Below, piece after piece: positions 31,975-41,897 of a DNA stretch of 64,000 bases. The notes beneath the pieces are model-generated. The model was not told where the DNA came from, ran no database searches, and saw only the letters and a list, made by a program, of their open reading frames with translations. Source of the stretch: an uncultured Gammaproteobacteria bacterium (GTDB lineage Bacteria; Patescibacteriota; Microgenomatia; UBA10105; UBA927); assembly GCA_964553825.1 (NCBI GenBank), contig CAZKLT010000001.1, forward strand, positions 126,989 through 190,988. Direction: 5' to 3'. The translations under genes and the position numbers were made by a program. Every line of letters begins with the position of its first letter. Positions within the stretch are counted from its first letter, which is position 1.

Positions 31975-33162
31975 ATGGCTGACCAGGCAAAGTTTACTCG
32001 CAACAAACCACATTTGAATATCGGTACGATAGGACATGTTGATCACGGGAAGACCACCCTTACTTCGGCTATTACCCATGTGCTTGCGAAAGCTGGAATG
32101 GCCAAAGCTCTCAAGTACGAAGAAATCGATAACGCCCCGGAAGAGAAGGCTCGTGGCGTCACCATCAACATTCATCATTCAGAATACGAAACCACAAAGC
32201 GTCATTATGCTCACATTGATGCGCCTGGTCATGCTGACTACGTGAAAAACATGATCACCGGTGCCGCTCAGATGGACGGCGCGATTCTCGTGGTTTCCGC
32301 TCCAGACGGCCCCATGCCGCAGACACGGGAACACATTCTTTTGGCCAATCAGGTCAACGTTCCTGCAATCGTCGTCTTCATGAACAAGTGCGACATGGTT
32401 CAGGACAAAGAGCTTCTCGATTTGGTCGAGATGGAAGTGCGTGAGCTTCTTACGAAGTACAAATTTCCTGGCGACAAAGTTCCGGTTATCCGAGGATCCG
32501 CCATCAAGGCGCTTCAAGGTGATGCGGAAGCAGAAGCGAAGATCCAGGAACTCATGGATACGGTAGATTCATATATTCCTGAACCGAAGCGGGAACTGGA
32601 CAAGCCGTTCTCTATGCCGGTTGAGGACGTTTTCTCTATCAAAGGACGAGGAACCGTGGTTACGGGTCGTATCGCCCGAGGGAAGATCAAAGTCAACGAA
32701 TCTGTTGAGATCGTCGGAATCAAGCCAACACAGACGTCTGTCGTGACTGGCGTTGAAATGTTCCGTAAGCTTCTTGATGAAGGTCAGGCTGGCGACAACG
32801 TCGGACTCCTCCTTCGAGGAATTGAAAAAGATCAGGTGGAGCGCGGACAAGTTTTGGCAGCTCCTGGATCAGTTAAGCCGCATACGGAATTTGAAGCGGA
32901 AGTGTATATTCTCGCAAAAGAAGAAGGCGGACGACATACGCCGTTCTTCACGGGATACCGACCGCAGTTTTATATCGGTACCACCGACGTGACGGGAGAA
33001 GTTTCACTTCCGGCTGGAGTGGAAATGGTTATGCCAGGAGACAGTACTAAAATGACAGCGAAACTTATCGTTCCTGTCGCTCTTGAAGAAGGTTTGCGTT
33101 TCGCACTTCGCGAGGGTGGTCATACGGTAGGAGCAGGAGTAGTGACGAAGATTATCGCGTAA
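31975..33162 (+). CDS. tuf: Elongation factor Tu
   Basis: [30 protein letters not shown] Shine-Dalgarno upstream. Confidence 0.97.
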   Translation: MADQAKFTRNKPHLNIGTIGHVDHGKTTLTSAITHVLAKAGMAKALKYEEIDNAPEEKARGVTINIHHSEYETTKRHYAHIDAPGHADYVKNMITGAAQMDGAILVVSAPDGPMPQTREHILLANQVNVPAIVVFMNKCDMVQDKELLDLVEMEVRELLTKYKFPGDKVPVIRGSAIKALQGDAEAEAKIQELMDTVDSYIPEPKRELDKPFSMPVEDVFSIKGRGTVVTGRIARGKIKVNESVEIVGIKPTQTSVVTGVEMFRKLLDEGQAGDNVGLLLRGIEKDQVERGQVLAAPGSVKPHTEFEAEVYILAKEEGGRHTPFFTGYRPQFYIGTTDVTGEVSLPAGVEMVMPGDSTKMTAKLIVPVALEEGLRFALREGGHTVGAGVVTKIIA

Positions 33163-33189
33163 GCGCGTATAATTTAGCACTTTAAGACA

Positions 33190-33498
33190 ATGGCAAAAGG
33201 AAGAATTCGAGTACGGCTCAAAGCATACGACAGCAGAATCATTGATGATTGTTGTCAGAAGATTCTTGACACCGCGGTGCGCACGGGTGCTCGTGTGGTG
33301 GGGCCGGTACCGCTTCCGACCGATAAGGAGCATTATAATGTGGCGCGAAGCCCCTTTATTGACCGAAATAGCCGGGAAGATTTTATGATCAAAACGCACA
33401 AGCGACTGGTTGATATCATCGAACCGACGGACAAAACCATTGATCAACTCATGCATTTGGATTTACCGGCAGGAGTAGACGTAGAAATTAAGATGTAA
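33190..33498 (+). CDS. rpsJ: 30S ribosomal protein S10
   Basis: [14 protein letters not shown]...VVGPVPLPT family pattern. Confidence 0.95.
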   Translation: MAKGRIRVRLKAYDSRIIDDCCQKILDTAVRTGARVVGPVPLPTDKEHYNVARSPFIDRNSREDFMIKTHKRLVDIIEPTDKTIDQLMHLDLPAGVDVEIKM

Positions 33499-33521
33499 CC
33501 CCCGGCGCACGTTGCGTGGGA

Positions 33522-33551
33522 GTGGGATACTCTGGTATACTATATATCTTG
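33522..33551 (+). promoter_or_regulatory. Possible internal promoter (TTGCGT-18-TATACT) in the rpsJ-rplC spacer
   Basis: -35-like at 33522-33527 and -10-like at 33546-33551, inside the 147-nt gap. Confidence 0.3.
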
Positions 33552-33606
33552 ATATGACGCATCAAACGTTCATGTCATAAGTACACCAAAAGTCTCGGAT
33601 GAGTGA

Positions 33607-33635
33607 ATCGACCTCAACCGGGGTCGATTTTTTTG
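33607..33635 (+). terminator. Intrinsic-terminator-like hairpin + U-tract immediately upstream of rplC (candidate attenuator)
   Basis: ATCGACC-tcaaccgg-GGTCGAT followed by TTTTTTT. It ends 11 nt before the rplC ATG. Confidence 0.5.
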
Positions 33636-33645
33636 GTTAAAAACT

Positions 33646-34269
33646 ATGATTGGCGCATTACTTGGATTAAAAGGAACACAATCGCAGATGTTTACCCCCG
33701 AGGGGAAACGGATACCTGTTACGTTGGTGCAGGCTGGTCCGTGCTGGGTTACACATATTGTCGAGGCAGGTTCCTATACGCGAATTCAGCTTGCTTTTGG
33801 AACCAAGAAAAATGTCGCCAAAGCACAAATCGGACACATGAAAAAAGCGGGGTTAGAAATAAAGCCCCGTTTTTTACGGGAAATTCGCGTCGCCGCGCTT
33901 CCGGAAGGTGTGAAGGTAGGAAGTGAATTGAAGGTGGCAGAAGTTTTCGCCGTTGGTGACGAAGTCCAGGTTGTCGGAACAAGCAAGGGGAAAGGATTTG
34001 CAGGCGTTGTGAAACGACACGGATTTAAAGGTGGTCCCCGTACGCACGGTCAATCAGACCGTGAACGTGCACCCGGATCAATCGGTCAGACAACAACACC
34101 GGGACGGGTATATCGCGGCAAACGCATGGCAGGTCGCATGGGGAATGACCGCGTTACTGTTCGCGGTCTTGAGGTTGTTGCCATTGATGCGGACAAGAAT
34201 ACCGTGAGTATCAAAGGATTAGTGCCGGGAGCCACAAATGGGCTCCTTATTATTGAAAAGGCGAAATAA
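33646..34269 (+). CDS. rplC: 50S ribosomal protein L3
   Basis: Family pattern (GTQSQMFTPEGKRIPVTLVQAGPC). Confidence 0.95.
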   Translation: MIGALLGLKGTQSQMFTPEGKRIPVTLVQAGPCWVTHIVEAGSYTRIQLAFGTKKNVAKAQIGHMKKAGLEIKPRFLREIRVAALPEGVKVGSELKVAEVFAVGDEVQVVGTSKGKGFAGVVKRHGFKGGPRTHGQSDRERAPGSIGQTTTPGRVYRGKRMAGRMGNDRVTVRGLEVVAIDADKNTVSIKGLVPGATNGLLIIEKAK

Positions 34270-34272
34270 TAT

Positions 34273-35004
34273 ATGGTCAAAACGACAAAAACTACCGTTA
34301 AGAAAGCACCGGCAGCCAAAAAATCGGCAGACGCCGCAGGTGCGCAAAAAGCTGTCAAATCCGATGGACTTACGGCTTCCGTTTTGGGTGCAGACGGCAA
34401 AGTCAAAGGGAAAATGACGCTTCCCGAGGAATTATTCGGCCAAAAAGTGAATAAGGACCTTATTGCCCAGGCGATCCGGGTTCATCAGGCGAACCAACGG
34501 GCAGGCGGTGCCGCTACCAAAACACGTGGCATGGTACGAGGTTCAACACGAAAGATTTTCAAGCAAAAAGGCACCGGTCGTGCCCGACACGGTGGTATTC
34601 GAGCACCGATTTTCGTGGGAGGTGGTATCGCATTTGGCCCCGTTCCTCATGATTTTTCTCTGTCACTACCTGTTGTTATGAAGCGCAAAGCACTTGCCAG
34701 CGCACTTTCTGCACAATATTCGGCAGGAAATGTCGTTATTATGGACGACCTTGCGGCGTTGGAGCCGAAAACCAAAAACATGGTTGAGGCATTGGCTGCA
34801 GTGGGAGATCGCACGTCGTTACTACTGGTGCTCTCCAAGGAATCGATGACCGTCGGACGAATCGCGCGAAATATTGCGGATGTTGATGTTATGCCCTATG
34901 TAAGTCTGAATACGTACGATGTAATCATGCACCAGAAAATCGTCATCATGAAAGACGCAGTATCGCAAATGAAAGAAGTCTTTTTGAGGGAAAAGAACGC
35001 ATGA
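34273..35004 (+). CDS. rplD: 50S ribosomal protein L4 (with Lys/Ala-rich N-terminal extension)
   Basis: The order and the L4 core motifs (KQKGTGRARHG). Confidence 0.93.
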   Translation: MVKTTKTTVKKAPAAKKSADAAGAQKAVKSDGLTASVLGADGKVKGKMTLPEELFGQKVNKDLIAQAIRVHQANQRAGGAATKTRGMVRGSTRKIFKQKGTGRARHGGIRAPIFVGGGIAFGPVPHDFSLSLPVVMKRKALASALSAQYSAGNVVIMDDLAALEPKTKNMVEALAAVGDRTSLLLVLSKESMTVGRIARNIADVDVMPYVSLNTYDVIMHQKIVIMKDAVSQMKEVFLREKNA

Positions 35005-35306
35005 GAATAACGATTAAACGCCCGGTAATCACGGAAAAAACGCTTACGCTCGCCACAAAAGGCTGGTATACGTTTGCCGTTGATTCCATGGCCTCAAAGA
35101 AAACGGTCGCTCATGAGGTGGCCTCTTTTTACAAAGTGACGGTAGAGGATGTTCGTACGATCGCCATGCACGGCAAGGTGCGACGCGTAGGGCGAAGCGG
35201 CCGCTCTATGAAGAAGCCAGATTGGAAAAAGGCCATCGTAAAATTGGCAAAAGGGCAGAAAATTGACGCATTTGAAGTAGCACCGGTTTCTGAAGAAAAG
35301 AAATAA
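35001..35306 (+). CDS. rplW: 50S ribosomal protein L23
   Basis: IKRPVITEK and the conserved order. Confidence 0.93.
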   Translation: MRITIKRPVITEKTLTLATKGWYTFAVDSMASKKTVAHEVASFYKVTVEDVRTIAMHGKVRRVGRSGRSMKKPDWKKAIVKLAKGQKIDAFEVAPVSEEKK

Positions 35307-35308
35307 CT

Positions 35309-36061
35309 ATGAAAGAACGGATAAAAAGCTTAACAGTAATATTGCCGAAACGTTCAGGACGTGACGTGCAGGGGCATGTGAGTGTCAGACATCAGGGTGG
35401 CCGGCACAAACGGTTTTATCGTGTCATTGACTGGAAACGTGACAAAGACGGACGACCCGGACGCGTGGTGGCGATTGAGTACGATCCAAACCGTTCAGCC
35501 GAGTTAGCGCTTATCCAGTATGCAGACGGTGAAAAACGATACATTCTGGCACCGGTTGGTCTTTCGGTTGGCATGTCTGTGGCTTCAGGGCCGTCAGTGG
35601 ATATTAAGCCTGGGAATGCATTGCCGCTGGCAAATATGCCTATCGGAACCATGGTTCACGGTGTTGAAATAGTTCCCGGTAGAGGAGCGCAAATGATTCG
35701 AAGCGCCGGATCTGCTGCAATGGTTTTGGCCCGTGATGGCGATCTGGTACAATTAAAGCTTCCTTCAGGAGAAGTACGGGTATTCAAAGGGGAAGCGCGG
35801 GCAACAGTCGGACAAATCGGGAATATTGAGTGGAGGAATAGAGTCATCGGGAAAGCGGGAACCGCCCGCCACATGGGCAGGCGACCGACCGTTCGAGGTG
35901 TCGCGCAGAATCCGCGCAGCCATCCGCACGGAGGAGGCGAGGGACGAAGTGGTATCGGTATGAAATCGCCAAAGAGTCCATGGGGCAAGCGAACACTCGG
36001 AAAGAGAACACGCAAGCGCACGAAATACAGTGATAAACTGATCCTGTCTCGGAGGAAATAA
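35309..36061 (+). CDS. rplB: 50S ribosomal protein L2
   Basis: [13 protein letters not shown] and the C-terminal HPHGGGEGR motif. Confidence 0.95.
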   Translation: MKERIKSLTVILPKRSGRDVQGHVSVRHQGGRHKRFYRVIDWKRDKDGRPGRVVAIEYDPNRSAELALIQYADGEKRYILAPVGLSVGMSVASGPSVDIKPGNALPLANMPIGTMVHGVEIVPGRGAQMIRSAGSAAMVLARDGDLVQLKLPSGEVRVFKGEARATVGQIGNIEWRNRVIGKAGTARHMGRRPTVRGVAQNPRSHPHGGGEGRSGIGMKSPKSPWGKRTLGKRTRKRTKYSDKLILSRRK

Positions 36062-36062
36062 T

Positions 36063-36347
36063 ATGGCACGTTCAAGCAAAAAAGGTCCGTACATCGATAA
36101 AAAATTACTTGCAAAAATAATGAAGCAAAAAGCCGGCGGCGACAAAGCAGCCATCAAGACATGGGCACGTGCGTGTCAGATTCCGCCTGAATTTGTCGGA
36201 CACCGGATAGCGGTGCACAACGGTCGCGTGCATTTAGAAATTTTTGTGAATGAATCAATGGTAGGACACCGTCTTGGAGAATTTGCTCCCACCCGGACAT
36301 TTAAAGGTCACGGACAAGTTACGAAGCGAACAATGGATAAAACATAA
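36063..36347 (+). CDS. rpsS: 30S ribosomal protein S19
   Basis: GPYIDKKLL and HNGRVH motifs. Confidence 0.95.
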   Translation: MARSSKKGPYIDKKLLAKIMKQKAGGDKAAIKTWARACQIPPEFVGHRIAVHNGRVHLEIFVNESMVGHRLGEFAPTRTFKGHGQVTKRTMDKT

Positions 36348-36349
36348 TT

Positions 36350-36694
36350 ATGGAATATCAAGCAACAGCCAAATATATTCGTACGAGTACCCGCAAGCTT
36401 CGGCTTATGGCGGATATGCTGCGCGGTATGAAAGCTTCGGTCGCCTTAGCACAGCTTGCCCACAGCCCGAAATCATCGGCGCAATCCATGATGAAAGCGA
36501 TTGCATCTGCTGTCGCCAACGCCAAGCAGAAGCAGGCAAAAGAAGAGACATTGACAGTAAAAGCAATAGAGGTGATGGGCGGACCGGTTATGAAGCGCTG
36601 GCATGCGGTTTCCCGCGGGCAGGCGCACGCATATAAGAAACGCATGACACATGTACGGGTGATAGTGGTAGATGGCGAGGAGAAAAAGGAGTAA
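36350..36694 (+). CDS. rplV: 50S ribosomal protein L22
   Basis: Family pattern and order. Confidence 0.93.
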   Translation: MEYQATAKYIRTSTRKLRLMADMLRGMKASVALAQLAHSPKSSAQSMMKAIASAVANAKQKQAKEETLTVKAIEVMGGPVMKRWHAVSRGQAHAYKKRMTHVRVIVVDGEEKKE

Positions 36695-36696
36695 TC

Positions 36697-37377
36697 ATGG
36701 GACAAAAAATTAACCCAAAAGGATTCAGAATCGGTGTTGTCTTTGCCTGGAGCTCACGATGGTTTGCTCCCGGACGACAATACAAAGAACTTGTGTATCA
36801 GGATGCCAAGCTTCGACAGGTGTTATTTGCCAAACTGAAAACGGCAGGGCTCGCACAGGTTGTTATTGAGCGGTCAATTAACAAGATGAAAGTGACATTG
36901 TTTGTGTCACGCCCGGGAATCGTTATCGGTCGGGGTGGTTCTGGTTTGGAAGAGCTCAAGAAGTTCATTGAAAAACATATTCAACTCGGAGCACGGAAAG
37001 ACGCTTACAAGCCCGTAGTCAGGAAGACGGCGGGAGCAGACAGTCGGATGAAGGTTGAGTTAGCAGTTGAGCCAGTGAAAGAGCCGAATCTCAACGCATA
37101 CTTGGTGGGGACAAATATTGCCGACCAGCTGGTGCGACGCATGCCCCATAAGCGGGTTTGTAATCAGGCTATTGAACGCATTATGACGGCAGGCGCACGC
37201 GGTGCGCGCATTATCCTTTCTGGTCGTATCGGCGGAGCAGAGATCGCCCGACGGGAGAAGTATCAGGCAGGAACCGTTCCGCTGTCTACCATACGTGAAG
37301 AGGTTGATTTTGCAACAGTGCCAGCATTGACGAAATCAGGATATGTAGGAATTAAAGTATGGATTTGCAGAAAGTAA
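36697..37377 (+). CDS. rpsC: 30S ribosomal protein S3
   Basis: [14 protein letters not shown] and KH domain. Confidence 0.95.
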   Translation: MGQKINPKGFRIGVVFAWSSRWFAPGRQYKELVYQDAKLRQVLFAKLKTAGLAQVVIERSINKMKVTLFVSRPGIVIGRGGSGLEELKKFIEKHIQLGARKDAYKPVVRKTAGADSRMKVELAVEPVKEPNLNAYLVGTNIADQLVRRMPHKRVCNQAIERIMTAGARGARIILSGRIGGAEIARREKYQAGTVPLSTIREEVDFATVPALTKSGYVGIKVWICRK

Positions 37378-37381
37378 TACT

Positions 37382-37789
37382 ATGTTAGCGCCAAAAAGAG
37401 CAAAACATCGAAAGCAATTCAGAGGGAAAAGAACCGGAAAATCAATTCGCGGCTCGGTTCTTAACTTTGGTGAATTTGGACTGAAAGCTATGACAGAAGG
37501 CTGGGTTACGAGTCGGCAGATCGAGGCCGCCCGTCGCACGTTAACCCATTATACAAAACGCGGTGGTCGTATTTGGATTCGGATTTTTCCGGACAAACCG
37601 ATTACGAAAAAACCACCGGAAACAAGAATGGGTTCTGGCAAAGGTGATGTCTATGAATATGTAGCAGTTGTGCGTCCCGGACGAATTTTGTTTGAGATGA
37701 GCGGAATTACGCATGAGGATGCAAAGGAGTCCATGAGATTGGCAAGTGCGAAGTTACCGATTCAGACGCGATTCATCACGAAGGAATAA
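37382..37789 (+). CDS. rplP: 50S ribosomal protein L16
   Basis: [15 protein letters not shown]. Confidence 0.95.
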   Translation: MLAPKRAKHRKQFRGKRTGKSIRGSVLNFGEFGLKAMTEGWVTSRQIEAARRTLTHYTKRGGRIWIRIFPDKPITKKPPETRMGSGKGDVYEYVAVVRPGRILFEMSGITHEDAKESMRLASAKLPIQTRFITKE

Positions 37790-37791
37790 GT

Positions 37792-37992
37792 ATGAAAAAG
37801 AAAGACAAAACAACATTACAGACAATGAAACCGGCTGAGCTTGAGAAAGTGGTCTCAGAGACACAGGCAAAGCTTGCACAGTGGAAGGTAAATCGATATA
37901 GTAAGCAATCTAAAAACGTTCGCGAAAGCCGCGAACTTCGGCGGAAAATAGCAGTAGCTAAAACGATATTGCAGGCTGCCAAGAAAGCATAA
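37792..37992 (+). CDS. rpmC: 50S ribosomal protein L29
   Basis: 66 aa, helical, conserved position. Confidence 0.9.
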   Translation: MKKKDKTTLQTMKPAELEKVVSETQAKLAQWKVNRYSKQSKNVRESRELRRKIAVAKTILQAAKKA

Positions 37993-37993
37993 T

Positions 37994-38263
37994 ATGAAAA
38001 AAACAGGTGAAACGTCAGTGAAAAAAATGTTACGGACAATGCGGGGACAGGTCGTCTCAGCCAAGACAGCGAAGACGGTTGTTGTTGCGGTTCAGTCGCA
38101 GTCACGCCATCCGCTCTATAAGAAGTTGGTACGGAGAACCCGACGATTTGCTGCGCACAATGAATCCATGGTGCTTGAAATCGGCGACACCGTTGTGATC
38201 GCTGAAACCAAGCCGATCAGCCGCACGAAGCACTTTTACGTGAAGGAGAAGGTAAACGTATGA
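37994..38263 (+). CDS. rpsQ: 30S ribosomal protein S17
   Basis: GQVVSAKTAKTVVV pattern. Confidence 0.93.
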   Translation: MKKTGETSVKKMLRTMRGQVVSAKTAKTVVVAVQSQSRHPLYKKLVRRTRRFAAHNESMVLEIGDTVVIAETKPISRTKHFYVKEKVNV

Positions 38264-38634
38264 TTCAGAGACGAACAGCGCTAACGGTCGCCGATAATTC
38301 CGGTGCCCAACAGATGACCGTAATCCATATTTATGGAGCATCGAAGCAGAAATTCGCACGACTTGGCGATATCGTCCAATGTGTGGTTCGGAAAGCCGAC
38401 CCGACCGGTATCGTGAAAGATGATGAGCTGGTCAAAGTCGTCATCGTGCGAACGCGGAAAGAATTCAGGCGTATCGATGGATCGTACATTCGATTTGATG
38501 ACAATGCCGGGGTCGTTATCGACAATCCGGATGACAAGAATCCGCGCGGGACACGCGTATTTGGACCGATTGCACGCGAAGTAAAAGATCGGGGATTTGA
38601 TAAAATAGCCAGCATGGCAGCAGAGGTTTATTAA
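38260..38634 (+). CDS. rplN: 50S ribosomal protein L14
   Basis: MIQRRTALTVADNSGAQ. Confidence 0.95.
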   Translation: MIQRRTALTVADNSGAQQMTVIHIYGASKQKFARLGDIVQCVVRKADPTGIVKDDELVKVVIVRTRKEFRRIDGSYIRFDDNAGVVIDNPDDKNPRGTRVFGPIAREVKDRGFDKIASMAAEVY

Positions 38635-38635
38635 T

Positions 38636-38941
38636 ATGAAAGTACGAAAAGGTGATCAGGTCATGGTAACAATGGGGAAAGACAAAGGCCGCAAAGGCAA
38701 GATTGAGGCTGTCTATCCCAAAGAAGGCACGGTGCTTATTGCCGGGGTGAATATATACAAGCGCCATCAGAAAAAGCGCGATGAGCGACATCAAGCAGGC
38801 ATTGTGGAATACTCCCGGCCCCTGGCGATGGGGAAAATTGCACTCGTGTGTCCCAAGTGTGGTAAACAAACACGGGCAGGATACATCGTTACGAAAGGCG
38901 CAAAAGAACGTATTTGTAAGAAGTGTGAACAAAGGATATAA
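38636..38941 (+). CDS. rplX: 50S ribosomal protein L24 (with C-terminal CxxC..CxxC zinc ribbon)
   Basis: KVRKGDQVMV KOW motif. C-terminal CPKCGK...CKKCEQ. Confidence 0.93.
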   Translation: MKVRKGDQVMVTMGKDKGRKGKIEAVYPKEGTVLIAGVNIYKRHQKKRDERHQAGIVEYSRPLAMGKIALVCPKCGKQTRAGYIVTKGAKERICKKCEQRI

Positions 38942-38943
38942 CT

Positions 38944-39486
38944 ATGCACGCATTTGCCGATAAATATCTGAAAACAATCGTTCCTGAATTTATGACAAAG
39001 CAGGGTGTTGTCAATCGAATGGCAGTACCGAAGCTTGTACGAATTGTCGTGAACTGCGGAATGGGAGAAGCCCTTACGGATAAGAAGGCAATCGAGAAAA
39101 TGTCCGAACAGCTGGCAGTCATCACAGGGCAGAAGCCTCAGTTGACACGATCCAAGCGGGCAATCTCGACATTCAAGCTGCGCGCGGGTGACCCGATCGG
39201 ACTGAAAGTAACGCTCCGTGGAAGACGCATGTATGACTTTTTTCAGAAGCTTATTTCCATCGCACTTCCGCGTGTACGTGATTTCCGCGGCTTGCCCACC
39301 AAGGGGTTTGACGGACGAGGAAACTACACGATGGGACTCAAAGAGCATACGATTTTTCCGGAGCTTGAGTACAGCATGGTAGACCGCGTCCGCGGATTTG
39401 AGATTACCTTTGTTACGACAGCGACGAATGATGATCACGGCAGAACGCTTTTAACCTTATTCGGTATGCCGTTTTCAAAGGAGTAA
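38944..39486 (+). CDS. rplE: 50S ribosomal protein L5
   Basis: Family pattern. Confidence 0.95.
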   Translation: MHAFADKYLKTIVPEFMTKQGVVNRMAVPKLVRIVVNCGMGEALTDKKAIEKMSEQLAVITGQKPQLTRSKRAISTFKLRAGDPIGLKVTLRGRRMYDFFQKLISIALPRVRDFRGLPTKGFDGRGNYTMGLKEHTIFPELEYSMVDRVRGFEITFVTTATNDDHGRTLLTLFGMPFSKE

Positions 39487-39487
39487 T

Positions 39488-39673
39488 ATGGCCAAAAAAT
39501 CAGACATTGCGAAATTTCAAAGAAAGCAGAAATATCCGGTACGTCATCGGAACCGCTGTTCGCTCTGTGGACGGGCACGCGCCTATATGGGGAAATTTGG
39601 TGTTTGTCGTATGTGTTTCAGAACGCTTGCTCATAAAGGGGAATTGCCGGGAGTAGTAAAAGCTTCCTGGTAA
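39488..39673 (+). CDS. rpsZ: 30S ribosomal protein S14 type Z (zinc-binding)
   Basis: 61 aa with CSLCGR...CRMCFR. Confidence 0.93.
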   Translation: MAKKSDIAKFQRKQKYPVRHRNRCSLCGRARAYMGKFGVCRMCFRTLAHKGELPGVVKASW

Positions 39674-39684
39674 GAAGGGAAAAT

Positions 39685-40080
39685 ATGGTAAACGATCCAA
39701 TCGGAGATTTATTGACACAAATTCGAAATGCCTCAATGGCAGGGAAAAGTACGATAGACGTACCATACTCCCGTATGAAGCATGCAGTTGCAGATATCCT
39801 TCATCAGGAAGGCTATGTGACGGAGGTTGTCAAGGCGGGAGAAGCGCCGAAGTTTATGTTGAAAATCGGCATCAAATACGAAGCTTCCGGAACGCCGGTG
39901 ATCACGGGTATCAAGCGCATAAGCAAACCAGGGTTACGATGGTATGTAAATAAATCTGAGATCCCGACCGTATTAGGCGGCATTGGTATGGCCATTGTTT
40001 CGACACCGCAAGGTATTATGTCCGGACGCGATGCGAAGAAAAAAGGTATAGGCGGAGAATTGTTGTGTACCATTTGGTAA
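39685..40080 (+). CDS. rpsH: 30S ribosomal protein S8
   Basis: DPIGDLLTQIRNA. Confidence 0.95.
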   Translation: MVNDPIGDLLTQIRNASMAGKSTIDVPYSRMKHAVADILHQEGYVTEVVKAGEAPKFMLKIGIKYEASGTPVITGIKRISKPGLRWYVNKSEIPTVLGGIGMAIVSTPQGIMSGRDAKKKGIGGELLCTIW

Positions 40081-40084
40081 AAAT

Positions 40085-40642
40085 ATGTCACGAATAGGAA
40101 AAGCACCAATTACCGTTCCGAAAGATGTCACCGTAACGATTACGGATGGTGAAGTCCGGGTATCGGGAGTCAAGGGACAAATAATCCTGACTGTTCCACA
40201 CGGAATTTCCCTTCATCAGGAAGGCGAGATACTTACCGTGAACCGCAAGAATAATGATAAGCCAAAGCGTGCACTTCACGGTTTTGTGCGCGCAAATGTT
40301 GCCAATGCCATAGAGGGAGTATCGAAGGGCTGGACGAAAACGCTTGAGATGTCCGGTGTCGGATACCGAGCAAGTCTGAGCGGAGCTAATCTTGTTTTGT
40401 CCGTCGGATTCTCACATCAGGTAACCATTGCTCCGCCCAAAGGCATTACCTTTGCCGTGAATGAGGGTAAAATCGTTGTTTCCGGGATTGATAAGCAGGA
40501 AGTAGGACAGATGGCCGCAACCATCAGGTCTACCAAAGAGCCTGAGCCATACAAAGGCAAAGGAATCAAATACGAAGGCGAACGTATTCGCAAGAAAGCG
40601 GGTAAAGCCAAAGCAGTAGGAGGGGCTCCAGGGGCCAAATAA
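40085..40642 (+). CDS. rplF: 50S ribosomal protein L6
   Basis: SRIGKAPITVP. Confidence 0.95.
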   Translation: MSRIGKAPITVPKDVTVTITDGEVRVSGVKGQIILTVPHGISLHQEGEILTVNRKNNDKPKRALHGFVRANVANAIEGVSKGWTKTLEMSGVGYRASLSGANLVLSVGFSHQVTIAPPKGITFAVNEGKIVVSGIDKQEVGQMAATIRSTKEPEPYKGKGIKYEGERIRKKAGKAKAVGGAPGAK

Positions 40643-40648
40643 ACGACT

Positions 40649-40978
40649 ATGAAAACGAAAAAAGAAATGAGAATGAGGCGAAAGATTCGTATCCGTGCAA
40701 GGGTGAATGGAACGGCTGCGCGCCCGCGCATGGCGGTCTACCGATCTAACACTGCGCTGTATGTCCAGCTCGTCGATGATGATAAGGAGATGACCATCGC
40801 CGCCGCCAAGACGGATGGCAAGTCTATGGCACAAGCCAAAGAATTGGGAGCACGGATTGCACAGGAAGCGAAGAAAAAAGGCGTTACTACAGTGGTATTT
40901 GATCGCGGTGGATTTCGTTATCACGGCGTCATAAAGGCACTTGCTGATGCCGCACGTGAAGGAGGATTGACTATATGA
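40649..40978 (+). CDS. rplR: 50S ribosomal protein L18
   Basis: Family pattern. Confidence 0.93.
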   Translation: MKTKKEMRMRRKIRIRARVNGTAARPRMAVYRSNTALYVQLVDDDKEMTIAAAKTDGKSMAQAKELGARIAQEAKKKGVTTVVFDRGGFRYHGVIKALADAAREGGLTI

Positions 40979-41445
40979 TGAAGTTTCAACCAAAAAATGA
41001 TCGCGTTCCCAGTGAGTTTGACGAGAAAATCGTTCAGGTTCACCGCGTTTCGAAGAAAACCAAGGGCGGCAACAAAATCGGTTTCTCCGTTCTTGCCGTT
41101 GTCGGCGATAAGAAAGGTCGGGTTGGCGTTGGTTTGGGAGGAGCGCCTGATGTTTCGTCTGCAGTACGTAAGGCTGTTACGTATGCCAAGAAGCATCTGC
41201 TCACGGTCCCTATGCGAGATAAGACAATTCCCCATGAAGTACGCGTGAAGCTCGGTGCTGCGCGAGTGCTTCTTAAGCCGGCACCAGCGGGTACAGGGGT
41301 TATCGCAGGCGGTGCGGTGCGCGCGGTTGTTGAAGCTGCAGGAATCCGTGACGTCGTTTCCAAGATTCTCGGAAGTAAAAATCAAGCCTCCAACGTGTAT
41401 GCCACGATGGAAGCGCTGAGAAATCTGAAGTCACGCACCAAGTAA
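40975..41445 (+). CDS. rpsE: 30S ribosomal protein S5
   Basis: dsRBD and S5 C-terminal domain. It is followed after 9 nt by rplO with no L30 gene. Confidence 0.95.
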   Translation: MMKFQPKNDRVPSEFDEKIVQVHRVSKKTKGGNKIGFSVLAVVGDKKGRVGVGLGGAPDVSSAVRKAVTYAKKHLLTVPMRDKTIPHEVRVKLGAARVLLKPAPAGTGVIAGGAVRAVVEAAGIRDVVSKILGSKNQASNVYATMEALRNLKSRTK

Positions 41446-41454
41446 AGGAGCTCT

Positions 41455-41886
41455 ATGGATCTATCAAAATTACCATCAATCGTACGACGGACCAAGAAGC
41501 GATTGGGTCGCGGACACGGTTCAGGCAAAGTGAAGACCTCAGGACGTGGGACCAAGGGTCAGAAGGCCCGTGGTCGCATCCCTCGTGGATTTGAAGGCGG
41601 ACAGTTGGCACTTATCAAGCGCTTGCCGCTTCTGCGTGGAAAAGGTCGAAACAAAAGTCTTTCAGTCAAACCGTTCCCGGTTCAGGTTTCTGCGTTAAAT
41701 GCGATTCCCGCTGGGACGAAAGTGACGTTGGAAACCCTTGCGAAATACTCTATGATAGACGCATCTGTTTCTCGGGTGAAAGTTTTGGGAAACGGTACAG
41801 TGTCGCATACGCTTGATGTCCAGGTACCCTGTTCTGCCGCAGCACGGAAAGCTATCGAAAAAGCGGGTGGAACGGTCAGTAACTGA
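41455..41886 (+). CDS. rplO: 50S ribosomal protein L15
   Basis: [22 protein letters not shown]. Confidence 0.95.
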   Translation: MDLSKLPSIVRRTKKRLGRGHGSGKVKTSGRGTKGQKARGRIPRGFEGGQLALIKRLPLLRGKGRNKSLSVKPFPVQVSALNAIPAGTKVTLETLAKYSMIDASVSRVKVLGNGTVSHTLDVQVPCSAAARKAIEKAGGTVSN

Positions 41887-41897
41887 TCTTTCATACC

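Noticed and set aside
33603-33926. 107-aa ORF starting in the rpsJ-rplC spacer and running out of frame through rplC
   Set aside because: It overlaps the authentic rplC start and coding region in another frame. Its 5' part coincides with the terminator-like hairpin.
38791-41385. Antisense ORFs over rplX/rplE (215 aa), rplF/rplR (193 aa) and rpsE (154 aa)
   Set aside because: They overlap tightly packed, well-supported r-protein genes. There is no room or signal for independent genes.
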